A stretch of 14,712 nt of DNA from Candidatus Thorarchaeota archaeon. Lineage in GTDB: Archaea > Asgardarchaeota > Thorarchaeia > Thorarchaeales > Thorarchaeaceae. The stretch covers positions 1-14,712 of the forward strand of contig RDNZ01000057.1 of the NCBI GenBank assembly GCA_011364905.1, read 5' to 3'. The position numbers and the translations under genes were made by a program. This document shows, piece by piece, positions 7,227 through 14,712 of the stretch (position 1 is its first letter; each line of letters begins with the position of its first letter). A model generated the notes under the pieces. The model was not told where the DNA came from. It worked only from the letters and a program-made list of their open reading frames with translations, and ran no database searches.

Positions 7227-8051
7227 ATGGACAATAAGTCAGAAATTGCCATCGGTGTGAAAAAGAGTCCCGGTGAATCATTACATGCAGCGTTGTCTAA
7301 GCTGAGTAAACCAATAGTTCCGCCAAAGAACACAAAACGGGTTATAATTAAACCCTCCATCTACAATCCCAAACTTTCAGGCAATACCGATGTGGAATTG
7401 GTTAGTGCCCTAGTTCACATGTTTCATTCCATTGGTCCAATCAGTATTGTGGAAAGCGACAATCCTCTTCGAAGAACAGAAGAAGCGTTTTTCCAGTGTC
7501 AGTACACAAAACTCGTTGATGAGCGAGTAGAATTGGTAAACCTATCAGATGCAGAGATGACCTCTGTGAAATTTCCGGGGCACTATTTCAAGAACCGCGA
7601 GATGCCTCGAGTTCTTCAAGATGATGCTTTCTTCATCAACGTTGCAACACTCAAAATGGAGCCAAATATCTGCAACATCGGAGCAGGGATAAAGAACCTC
7701 TTTGGGCTTCTTCCTGAACTAGATAAGAGCGTTTACCACGCCTTTATTGACGATGTTCTCATGGATCTTTTGGCTCTATACCGGCCAGACCTCACTGTGA
7801 TTGATCTTACCGACGTCGTTATTGGTATGAGGGAGAATTGTAGGACCAAACATTTTGGAGGTACTATTGTAGGGATAGACCCGGTCAGTGTGGACTCGTT
7901 TTGCTCGAGTCTTTTCGGTCTGAATTCGCTAGAGATCAAACATCTGAGAAACGCTCACAACTTAGGTTTCGGAGAAGCTTTACTTGACAGAATCAGTGTT
8001 AGAGGAACAGAATATCAAGTAAACAAACTTCTTCAGTTTTTCAAGGAATAG
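7227..8051 (+). CDS. DUF362-family protein
   Basis: VIIKPS (family IKPN), IVESD, INVATLK (family INVPKLK), GIKNLFGLLP, PDLTVID, GIDPVSVD, IKHLRNAHNLGFG. Confidence 0.85.
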   Translation: MDNKSEIAIGVKKSPGESLHAALSKLSKPIVPPKNTKRVIIKPSIYNPKLSGNTDVELVSALVHMFHSIGPISIVESDNPLRRTEEAFFQCQYTKLVDERVELVNLSDAEMTSVKFPGHYFKNREMPRVLQDDAFFINVATLKMEPNICNIGAGIKNLFGLLPELDKSVYHAFIDDVLMDLLALYRPDLTVIDLTDVVIGMRENCRTKHFGGTIVGIDPVSVDSFCSSLFGLNSLEIKHLRNAHNLGFGEALLDRISVRGTEYQVNKLLQFFKE

Positions 8052-8059
8052 GACATAAA

Positions 8060-8072
8060 GAAAGGGTTTATC
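8060..8072 (+). promoter_or_regulatory. BRE/TATA-like promoter for the aminotransferase
   Basis: GAAAGGG followed by TTTATC, the purine-rich BRE plus TATA arrangement of archaeal promoters, in the intergenic gap. Confidence 0.45.
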
Positions 8073-8144
8073 ATTGGTTAAGGATTGCCAAGACCTCAGT
8101 ATGCCTAAACAAGGCAGTGCATTGGATAGCCAGTGGTGTTAGAG

Positions 8145-9311
8145 ATGGATTGGACCTCCCATACTATGGAGCGGATTCCCGCTTCCGGTACTCTCAAGAT
8201 GTTTGAGCTTGCGAGACGTCTGGAAGACGAGGGCAGACGTATTTACCACTTCGATATCGGCCAACCAGATTTTCCCACTCCCGATAACATAGTTGCTGCA
8301 GGAATTGAAGCATTAAAACATGGTTTCACGCGATACACACCCTCCAGAGGTATACCACCGCTCTTGGATGCAATTGAACAATACTATGGAAACCGTGGAA
8401 TCACGATAAGTGGATCGAAAAATGTTATTGTAACACCTGGAGCAAAAATGGCACTATTCCAAGGATTTCTCAGCACAATTGACGCTGCAGATGATGTCCT
8501 TCTACTCTCTCCCGCATGGCCAACATATCGAGTCATGATTAGAACTGTTGGTGCTAAACCCGTGGATGTCCGCACCTTTCCAGGCTATCTACTTGATGAG
8601 GAAGCACTCAAAGATGCATGTTCAAAATCTGTGACTGCTCTTGTAATTAACACACCTAATAATCCGACCGGAGGGGTCCTTGAGAAAGAACACATGAAAC
8701 TAATACATGATCTTGCCATCGACTATGACTTTGTTGTTTTCTCTGATGAAATCTATGAGATGCTGGTCTATGATGGATTTAAGCAGACTTCGATGTTGGA
8801 GATTGATCCCAATCTGGAACACAGTTTGGTCATCAATGGGATGTCTAAGACATATTCGATGACTGGGTGGCGATTGGGATTTGCAATTGGTAATGAAGAA
8901 ACAATTAACAATATGATTCGTATTCAACAAAACACAACATCCTGCGCCGCTTCATTTGTCCAATATGCTGGGGTCGAAGCATTGACCGGGGATCAAAGCT
9001 CGATCAGTAAGATGACCTCAGAATATCAGAAGCGTCGAGATTTAATTACTAGTCTATTCTGTCACATGCCGGGAATTCAGTGTGTCAATCCCAAAGGTGC
9101 ATTCTATGTTTTTCCCGATTTTTCGACTTATGGTCTTAGCAGTAACACACTCGCGGAGTTAATCCTAAAGAAAACCGGTATAACATCCACGCCTGGACTT
9201 TCCTTCGGAAAGAATTATGATGATCATCTTCGCTTTTCTTATGCAGTCGAAATACCTGAAATCAAGGAAGGCTTGGCCAAACTAGCTGATTTCTTGTTAA
9301 CATTGCTTTAG
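8145..9311 (+). CDS. PLP-dependent class I/II aminotransferase (aspartate/aromatic type)
   Basis: DIGQPDFPTP, VTPGAK, NTPNNPTG, SDEIYE, PLP-lysine motif NGMSKTYSMTGWRLG, PKGAFYVFP, LRFSYA. ATG 8145 follows GGTG; ORF-track start is 8133. Confidence 0.95.
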   Translation: MDWTSHTMERIPASGTLKMFELARRLEDEGRRIYHFDIGQPDFPTPDNIVAAGIEALKHGFTRYTPSRGIPPLLDAIEQYYGNRGITISGSKNVIVTPGAKMALFQGFLSTIDAADDVLLLSPAWPTYRVMIRTVGAKPVDVRTFPGYLLDEEALKDACSKSVTALVINTPNNPTGGVLEKEHMKLIHDLAIDYDFVVFSDEIYEMLVYDGFKQTSMLEIDPNLEHSLVINGMSKTYSMTGWRLGFAIGNEETINNMIRIQQNTTSCAASFVQYAGVEALTGDQSSISKMTSEYQKRRDLITSLFCHMPGIQCVNPKGAFYVFPDFSTYGLSSNTLAELILKKTGITSTPGLSFGKNYDDHLRFSYAVEIPEIKEGLAKLADFLLTLL

Positions 9312-9348
9312 ATGATGTACGTAATAATTGACGGCTGGAGGTGTCCCA

Positions 9349-9927
9349 GTGAATCCAAAAATCGAACAAGTTTTTTTTGAGTGCACAAAATGCGGCGACT
9401 GTTGCAGAGAACGCACTCTATTGGTGACTGTCACTGGGAGGGATATAGTTCGACTATCAAACGGATTGGGTTTCACTTCAAACGAAGTGATAAAGGCTCT
9501 TGATTTCTATCTTGTTTCAAGCGAAGAACCACCCAAAGGGCTTCAAGATATCCCATCGGTAAAGACCGAACATGGTTCGGCATACATTGCTCTAAAGAAA
9601 CTGGAGAATGGTGATTGCATCTTCCTAAAGGATGATCTTTGTATGATTCATCCAATCCGGCCTGGAGTATGCATGTCCTTTCCATTTGTGTTCAGAAGTG
9701 AGAAAACTGACATTACATGGGGACTCAGCGCCAAGAAAGAAATATGCCCAGGGTTGGGTATTGGCCCCGAAGTCAAACTAGAAGATTTGCGTGAACTTGC
9801 GGCCGCTGTATTGGAGGACCTTTCGCTATTCAAAAGCTTCGCGAAAGAGTGGAATAGGAATGAACAAAATCAAACTGCTGCTCGATTGATTGAAATGATT
9901 CTCTCAGACCCTAGATTTTCCGCCTGA
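9349..9927 (+). CDS. YkgJ/UPF0153-family CxxCxxCC cysteine-cluster (Zn/Fe-S chelating) protein
   Basis: FECTKCGDCC, CIFLKDDLCMIHPIRPGVCMSFPF, CPGLG. A strong GGAGGTG motif at 9337-9343 favours GTG 9349 over TTG 9328. Confidence 0.9.
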   Translation: MNPKIEQVFFECTKCGDCCRERTLLVTVTGRDIVRLSNGLGFTSNEVIKALDFYLVSSEEPPKGLQDIPSVKTEHGSAYIALKKLENGDCIFLKDDLCMIHPIRPGVCMSFPFVFRSEKTDITWGLSAKKEICPGLGIGPEVKLEDLRELAAAVLEDLSLFKSFAKEWNRNEQNQTAARLIEMILSDPRFSA

Positions 9928-9932
9928 TAGAG

Positions 9933-10919
9933 CTAAAGTTTACTAAGTATCTGAAGGATGTTACCAAAATTATGTTCAATTGTCCTGCTCTTTTCAGCAT
10001 ATCCAGCAAGCACGTCCATCCTCTCATCTTGTTCTGCTAGCTTGCAAAATCTGTCTGATCTTATTTCGGCATGGATTTTTTCATTCAGTAGTACAATCTC
10101 ATCCGAAGTCTTCAATACATACTGAAGCATTTTAACCAAAATATTGAACTCGTTGATGTCTCTCAGTTGTAGGGTTTGACTATAGAATTGGAACTCTAAT
10201 CTTGACAACCTCTCTCTCATCGCGACAAGCTTTCGAATCCACTCATCAGCTTCTTCTTGCTCCAGTTTTCGACCTAGGTCAACCCAGTAATTCTGCTGAT
10301 CCAATAGCTGCACCAAATAGTTCCGCAGAAATTGGAAATGGTCAACCCCGTTTTCGATGTCATCCTCAGTACCTATAGGTACCATCATTGAGTCGGTTTC
10401 ACTGTGCTTCAGCGCAATCATGAGTGAAAATTTGTCAACATACTTCTTTATTTCCTCACTCTTCTCCTTCTCTGAGAGTGTGTCAGCAAAAGTGTCAGCT
10501 AATGTAAGTATGAACTTGTAAAGACATTCGGAACATATCTCTGCGCTGCTAGTAATCTCCTTGGTCGATAGGAACTGCATCGCATCTTCCAAGTCATTTC
10601 CTGGAACATCTTTTCCATGAATCCGTAAGACCCATCCTTGCGATATGCAATAGACTTTGTTGTCAGGATAATTGATGTAGATTGATGCATAACATACATT
10701 CCCTTCAGTGGCACGTTCTTCCTGCATACTCTCCTTATCATAGTGAAATGAGAATATGGAGGGATCTATCTCAATGGATTCAATCTCAAGAACACTGTCA
10801 CTATTGACGCAGAGCTTCTCATCTCCGAACACCTTGTAGCAGGGACATCCCCTGACTAGTTTGATAGTCGATTTTTCCTTTTGTTCGGCGGATTCCAACA
10901 AGTTTCTTTTCTCCGGCAC
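9933..10919 (-). CDS. Hypothetical Cys-rich protein, paralogue A
   Basis: 328-aa ORF. Shares LVxGCPCYxxFGDEKxC, DPS, CY, YCxSQ, KDV, CSECLY and ExNFxN with the adjacent ORF, which supports both being real genes. Confidence 0.85.
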   Translation of the reverse strand: MPEKRNLLESAEQKEKSTIKLVRGCPCYKVFGDEKLCVNSDSVLEIESIEIDPSIFSFHYDKESMQEERATEGNVCYASIYINYPDNKVYCISQGWVLRIHGKDVPGNDLEDAMQFLSTKEITSSAEICSECLYKFILTLADTFADTLSEKEKSEEIKKYVDKFSLMIALKHSETDSMMVPIGTEDDIENGVDHFQFLRNYLVQLLDQQNYWVDLGRKLEQEEADEWIRKLVAMRERLSRLEFQFYSQTLQLRDINEFNILVKMLQYVLKTSDEIVLLNEKIHAEIRSDRFCKLAEQDERMDVLAGYAEKSRTIEHNFGNILQILSKL

Positions 10920-10987
10920 AAGCCTGCGTTCAACAGATATGCCCTAAAGGGCACTTTTGTCTACATCTAGTAGCCATTTAGCAGTTA

Positions 10988-12013
10988 TTATGTAGTATAT
11001 GTGTCCATTTTGTGCAGGGCTGAAGCGAGGTTACTGAAATTGTACTCTGTTGCTTTTCTCGCTTTGGAGTGATGTGAAAGCATCTCGCTAACATTACTAG
11101 GAATCTCGTTGCGTTCCAAGAGGTCAGTGGTTCTCTCTCGTATGAGGTTGTTCACAGCAATTACTTTCTCGGAAACTCCAACCATGAACCTGAGAACGCT
11201 CAGGGGATCTGTTTCATTGGAGGGATCATCCAACGATAGCACTTGGAAAAGAAAAACGGATTCCAGGCTAGCAAGAGTTCTATAAGAGTCAATCAGCTCA
11301 ATCAGGTCATCACTTGCCCCTGCCTTCATCATGTTAAGAATCATCGATGCCCAATGAGAGCGTTTTCTATTAATCTCCCGCAAGTAGTCCCATAAGTAAT
11401 CATTGAACGGCCTTGTCTTATCCTTTTCACCATACCCGCTTAACTGAACTGCCATATTAGTTGCTAGCTGTCGCACGTAGTTGGCAACTATCTCGCTTCT
11501 TTCATCATCAGTCAAAAGTCCTTCAGAACTCTCTCCCAAAGTCCTTAGATACCTATAGAGGCATTCTGAGCAAAGCATGCCATCTCTGTTCTTTTCAGAT
11601 GTTGTAACAAATTGCAGAGCATTATCAATCTCTGTCGCTCTAACATCCTTTTTGCTAATTCTGACACGTTGATTCTGACTTACGCAGTAACAGAATCCCT
11701 CGTCCCTATCAAGAAACATCAGGAGATAGCACATGCTTTTGTTATCGCTTTTGCACTCTTCTAGCATAACTTTTGAGTTGAGCTGATTGAAAAAACTGGG
11801 ATCAACTGAGATCGCATTGATTGGCAATATACCGTCGTTGTTTAAACAGACCTTCTCATCGCCAAATTCACGGTAACATGGACAGCCCTTAACAAGTTGA
11901 TTCGAATCATCAATAGAATCTGTTGGCATGCCTCGGTTCCCGATCACTCGTGACGCCTCTAGACGGTTTTGGTCTTGTTCGTGGAGATGATGAGTCTCAT
12001 GCGGCTGAGTCAT
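10988..12013 (-). CDS. Hypothetical Cys-rich protein, paralogue B
   Basis: ~341-aa ORF (ATG 12013, or TTG 12016), colinear with paralogue A. His-rich N-terminal extension HETHHLH. Confidence 0.85.
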   Translation of the reverse strand: MTQPHETHHLHEQDQNRLEASRVIGNRGMPTDSIDDSNQLVKGCPCYREFGDEKVCLNNDGILPINAISVDPSFFNQLNSKVMLEECKSDNKSMCYLLMFLDRDEGFCYCVSQNQRVRISKKDVRATEIDNALQFVTTSEKNRDGMLCSECLYRYLRTLGESSEGLLTDDERSEIVANYVRQLATNMAVQLSGYGEKDKTRPFNDYLWDYLREINRKRSHWASMILNMMKAGASDDLIELIDSYRTLASLESVFLFQVLSLDDPSNETDPLSVLRFMVGVSEKVIAVNNLIRERTTDLLERNEIPSNVSEMLSHHSKARKATEYNFSNLASALHKMDTYTT

Positions 12014-12125
12014 CAACTAAAGATAATATCACGGATTTTTTGATAACAAGCTCTTTTCACGATTGGTAGCCTGCTATCGAAAACTCAGTTCAAAGTTCAC
12101 TTTTGAATAAATCTCGGATGTTCGG

Positions 12126-12154
12126 AAAAAGAATGGAGCATGTGGGGCTCCATT
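12126..12154 (-). terminator. Hairpin plus T-tract downstream of the RHH gene
   Basis: Minus strand reads AATGGAGC-cccacat-GCTCCATT-c-TTTTT: a perfect 8-bp stem (12132-12139/12147-12154) starting 7 bp after the stop codon. Confidence 0.6.
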
Positions 12155-12160
12155 GCGGGA

Positions 12161-12301
12161 TCATCCCCACAGCTCTCTCTTGAGTAAGTCACGAATAGCG
12201 ATTCGAATAGCTTCGGACCGGTTTGGGTAGAGATTGCTTTCTACAAGTTTCTCCAGTCCATCAACATAAGTTTCTGGAATGTGTAAGGTTACGAGCTTCA
12301 T
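12161..12301 (-). CDS. CopG/MetJ-Arc ribbon-helix-helix protein, CdrS-like (46 aa)
   Basis: MKLVTLHIPETYVDGLEKLVESNLYPNRSEAIRIAIRDLLKRELWG: beta-ribbon VTLHIP and the PNRSEAIR motif seen in archaeal CdrS. ATG 12301 has an upstream GGTGA, so the ORF-track start at 12373 is probably over-extended. Confidence 0.9.
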   Translation of the reverse strand: MKLVTLHIPETYVDGLEKLVESNLYPNRSEAIRIAIRDLLKRELWG

Positions 12302-12399
12302 CTCGATAATCACCTGGGTATGTTCAGAGTCATACCTGAATATGATTGTAAGTAATACTAGGTCGATATTCAATTCTGGGGACGTCCTCGAAGCGATAT

Positions 12400-12407
12400 C
12401 TTATAAC
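12400..12407. promoter_or_regulatory. TATA-like element in the divergent RHH/acd intergenic region
   Basis: Palindromic TTATAA at 12401-12406, readable on both strands. Confidence 0.35.
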
Positions 12408-12456
12408 TATGCAAACTCGACGAGCGACCCAAACGAATCTCGGGCAGTGCAGCATA

Positions 12457-14574
12457 TTGGACCGTCAGAAAGGCATTGATGTGTTGTTCAATCCTCGCTC
12501 AATTGCAGTCATTGGTGCGTCAGCGACAAAAGGAAAGCTGGGAAACGATGTACTTCGCAATCTAGTTGAAAGTGGCTTTAAAGGTCGTATCTACCCCATT
12601 AATCCCCGAGGTGGCGAAATTTTTGGATTGAAAGTCTTTCGTTCAATATCCGATATTGCTAATGACGTAGATGTGGCAATCATCGTAATTCCTGCGGATT
12701 ATGTGCTTTCTACAGTTGAAGCATGTGGCAAAAAGGGTGTTAGGGCATTAGTCATCATAAGTGCTGGTTTCAAAGAAATCGGCCATGAGGGTCAAGAACT
12801 TGAAAAGAAACTAGTGGAAATTGCAGATAGCTATGAGATGGTTATACAGGGGCCTAACTGTCTTGGAATAATTAATACTAATGCTCCCTACAATGGGTCA
12901 TTCTCTGCCGGAACTCCAAGAAAAGGTCGAATTGCATTTGCATCCCAATCAGGTGCTCTCATGACGGGCATTTTGGATTGGAGTCTTATGGAAAAGATTG
13001 GTTTTTCCAAGTTTGTCAGTTTAGGCAACAAGGCACAATTGGATGAAGCTGATTTTATCGATGCTTTTGGAAGGGATCCAGATTCTGCTTTCATTCTTCT
13101 CTACATCGAATCTGTTGTTGATGGCAGAAAGTTCATGGAGGCATGTCGAAGAGTCGTTCCTGACAAACCCATCTTTGTTGTAAAATCGGGAGTGAGTGTG
13201 GCAGGTGCCAGAGCAGCATCATCGCACACTGGCTCGCTTGCGGGCAGCGATACAGCATATGATGTTGCATTCAAACAATGTGGAGTGCGACGCGCTAGCA
13301 GTATGGCGTCACTTTTCGATGTTGCATCAGTTTACGATGACATGCACCTCCCTTCCGGGAACCGAGTAGCGATTGTAACGAATGCAGGGGGTCCTGGAAT
13401 CATAACGACCGATGCCTGTGAAGCAAGCGGACTGGAGATTGCTCATTTGTCCTCTGAAACGATTCAGTTTCTGAAGGAAAGTCTACCTCCCGCTGCATCA
13501 GTCTACAATCCAATTGATGCACTGGGTACAGCACAGCCCGAGGAATATGCTCTATGTGTGGAGGCTTCTTTGCGTGATGAAAATGTCGACTCCGTTCTTG
13601 TTCTCCTTACACCTCAGGCAATGACAAAGGAAACAGAAACTGCTCAAATCTTAGTTGATTCTCACAAGAAGTATCCTAACAAGCCATTGATTGCAGTCTT
13701 CATGGGCGGGAATTCCATGGTGTATCCTCGTATTGTGCTGACAGAAGGTGGCATTCCTGTCTTTGATTTTCCAGAACGTGCAGTTCATGCAATTGCAGAA
13801 TTGTACCATTACACAGTAAGCAGGGATAGTCTGAAAGAGGAATTGATTCCAACTTTTAAGGTGGATAAGAAGAAGACAACAGAGATCATCGAGAACGTTC
13901 GGAAAGATAGCCGTCGCGTACTACTTGGCAGTGAAGCGCATTCAATTGCTGAAGCCTATGGAATTCCGGTCGCCAGAATAAGGCTGGCGACAAGCTCTGA
14001 GGAAGCAATCTTACTTGCAGAGGAGCTAGGATATCCAGTTGTACTCAAAATCGCCAGTCCTGATATTATTCACAAAAGCGATGTTGGAGGGATTCGTGTG
14101 GGACTAGAAACTCCTGAGGCTGTTAAAGCAGCGTTCCTTGAAATTCTCAACAACGCTAAGACACATATGCCTAATGCAATAATCTACGGTGTTGATGTAC
14201 AAGAAATGGCTGAGAAAGGCAAAGAACTCATTATCGGCTGTTCGAAAGATGTTCAATTCGGACCCCTTGTCATGTTTGGAGCTGGAGGGATCTTTGTTAA
14301 TTTCCTCAAGGACGTTGCATTTCGTCTTGCGCCAATGACTCGAAGTGACGCTCAAGCGCTTATTTCAGAAACCAAGATTGGTTCGCTCCTAAAGGGAGTA
14401 AGAGGCGAATCACCGAGTGATATCGATGCTATTGAGGATACTATTCTTAGGATAAGTCAGCTTGTCACAGATTTTGATGAGATTGTAGAGCTCGACATTA
14501 ATCCTGCATTTGTCTATGAGAAGGGAAAAGGCGTATCTGCCGTTGATGTTAAGATAACCATTGGAGGGAGATAG
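12457..14574 (+). CDS. acdAB: ADP-forming acetate/acyl-CoA ligase, fused alpha-beta chain
   Basis: LFNPRSIAVIGAS, YPINP, GPNCLG, SQSGAL, SLGNK, phospho-His motif SHTGSLAG, TNAGGPG, NPID, and ATP-grasp motifs GYPVVLKI, HKSDVGG, FGPLVMFG, ELDINP. Start uncertain: TTG 12457 preferred; ORF track gives ATG 12409. Confidence 0.95.
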   Translation: MDRQKGIDVLFNPRSIAVIGASATKGKLGNDVLRNLVESGFKGRIYPINPRGGEIFGLKVFRSISDIANDVDVAIIVIPADYVLSTVEACGKKGVRALVIISAGFKEIGHEGQELEKKLVEIADSYEMVIQGPNCLGIINTNAPYNGSFSAGTPRKGRIAFASQSGALMTGILDWSLMEKIGFSKFVSLGNKAQLDEADFIDAFGRDPDSAFILLYIESVVDGRKFMEACRRVVPDKPIFVVKSGVSVAGARAASSHTGSLAGSDTAYDVAFKQCGVRRASSMASLFDVASVYDDMHLPSGNRVAIVTNAGGPGIITTDACEASGLEIAHLSSETIQFLKESLPPAASVYNPIDALGTAQPEEYALCVEASLRDENVDSVLVLLTPQAMTKETETAQILVDSHKKYPNKPLIAVFMGGNSMVYPRIVLTEGGIPVFDFPERAVHAIAELYHYTVSRDSLKEELIPTFKVDKKKTTEIIENVRKDSRRVLLGSEAHSIAEAYGIPVARIRLATSSEEAILLAEELGYPVVLKIASPDIIHKSDVGGIRVGLETPEAVKAAFLEILNNAKTHMPNAIIYGVDVQEMAEKGKELIIGCSKDVQFGPLVMFGAGGIFVNFLKDVAFRLAPMTRSDAQALISETKIGSLLKGVRGESPSDIDAIEDTILRISQLVTDFDEIVELDINPAFVYEKGKGVSAVDVKITIGGR

Positions 14575-14575
14575 A

Positions 14576-14712
14576 TTGACTGAAAATATCGTGATCAGTG
14601 GAGACACACTTACTGGAAAGACCATGGTTGCTATAGCTCTTGCTGCCAAGCTCAGAAAGGATGGTAAAACTGTTGGTTACTTCAAACCAACTGGAACAAA
14701 GAGCTATGAATA
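14576..14712 (+). CDS. BioD-like P-loop / phosphotransacetylase N-terminal-domain family protein (3'-truncated; not in ORF track)
   Basis: TTG at 14576, 1 bp after the acd stop and preceded by GGAGGG. Translates as MTENIVISGDTLTGKTMVAIALAAKLRKDGKTVGYFKPTGTKSYE, with a GKT P-loop and the GYFKP signature. Confidence 0.88.
   Translation, partial: MTENIVISGDTLTGKTMVAIALAAKLRKDGKTVGYFKPTGTKSYE

Noticed and set aside
12070-12163. Selenocysteine readthrough of the RHH TGA with the hairpin acting as a SECIS
   Set aside because: The RHH domain is complete at LWG, the readthrough peptide has no recognisable features, and the short perfect hairpin lacks the SECIS AUGA/GA core.
12302-12479. N-terminal extensions of the RHH gene (to 12373) and acd (from 12409), and the 12279-12479 ORF
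   Set aside because: The SD motif and domain boundaries favour later starts, and this stretch is needed for the divergent promoters.
14410-14649. 79-aa minus-strand ORF at the window end
   Set aside because: It is antisense to acdAB and to the motif-bearing BioD-like gene on the + strand.
1-14712. tRNA, rRNA, CRISPR array, transposase or integrase, known defence system
   Set aside because: Intergenic gaps are all about 200 bp or less, with no cloverleaf or repeat-spacer pattern visible by eye, and no ORF carries matching motifs.

Overview
Gene-dense archaeal window with no rRNA, tRNA, CRISPR or mobile element that I can support. GGTGA/GGAGGTG ribosome-binding motifs, TATA/BRE-like promoters, a CdrS-like RHH protein, a fused ADP-forming acyl-CoA synthetase and a Rab-like protein suggest an Asgard archaeon, possibly Thorarchaeia; this is inference only. 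Recognisable housekeeping genes: RimI/Ard1 N-acetyltransferase, ThiF/MoeB E1-like enzyme, DUF362 protein, class I aminotransferase, YkgJ-type CxxCxxCC protein, AcdAB, and the start of a BioD-like/Pta-N protein. Four uncharacterised elements stand out: (1) a 5'-truncated >1200-aa helical/coiled-coil protein ending in a TrmB-sensor/PLD-like domain; (2) a Rab-like protein whose nucleotide-binding motifs are all degenerate (candidate pseudo-GTPase) with a polybasic tail, followed by (3) an acidic disordered protein with a Pro7 tract; (4) two tandem full-length paralogues of an unrecognised family with 7 shared cysteines, downstream of a cdrS-like gene where ftsZ is often found. All family calls come from reading motifs by eye; no searches were run.
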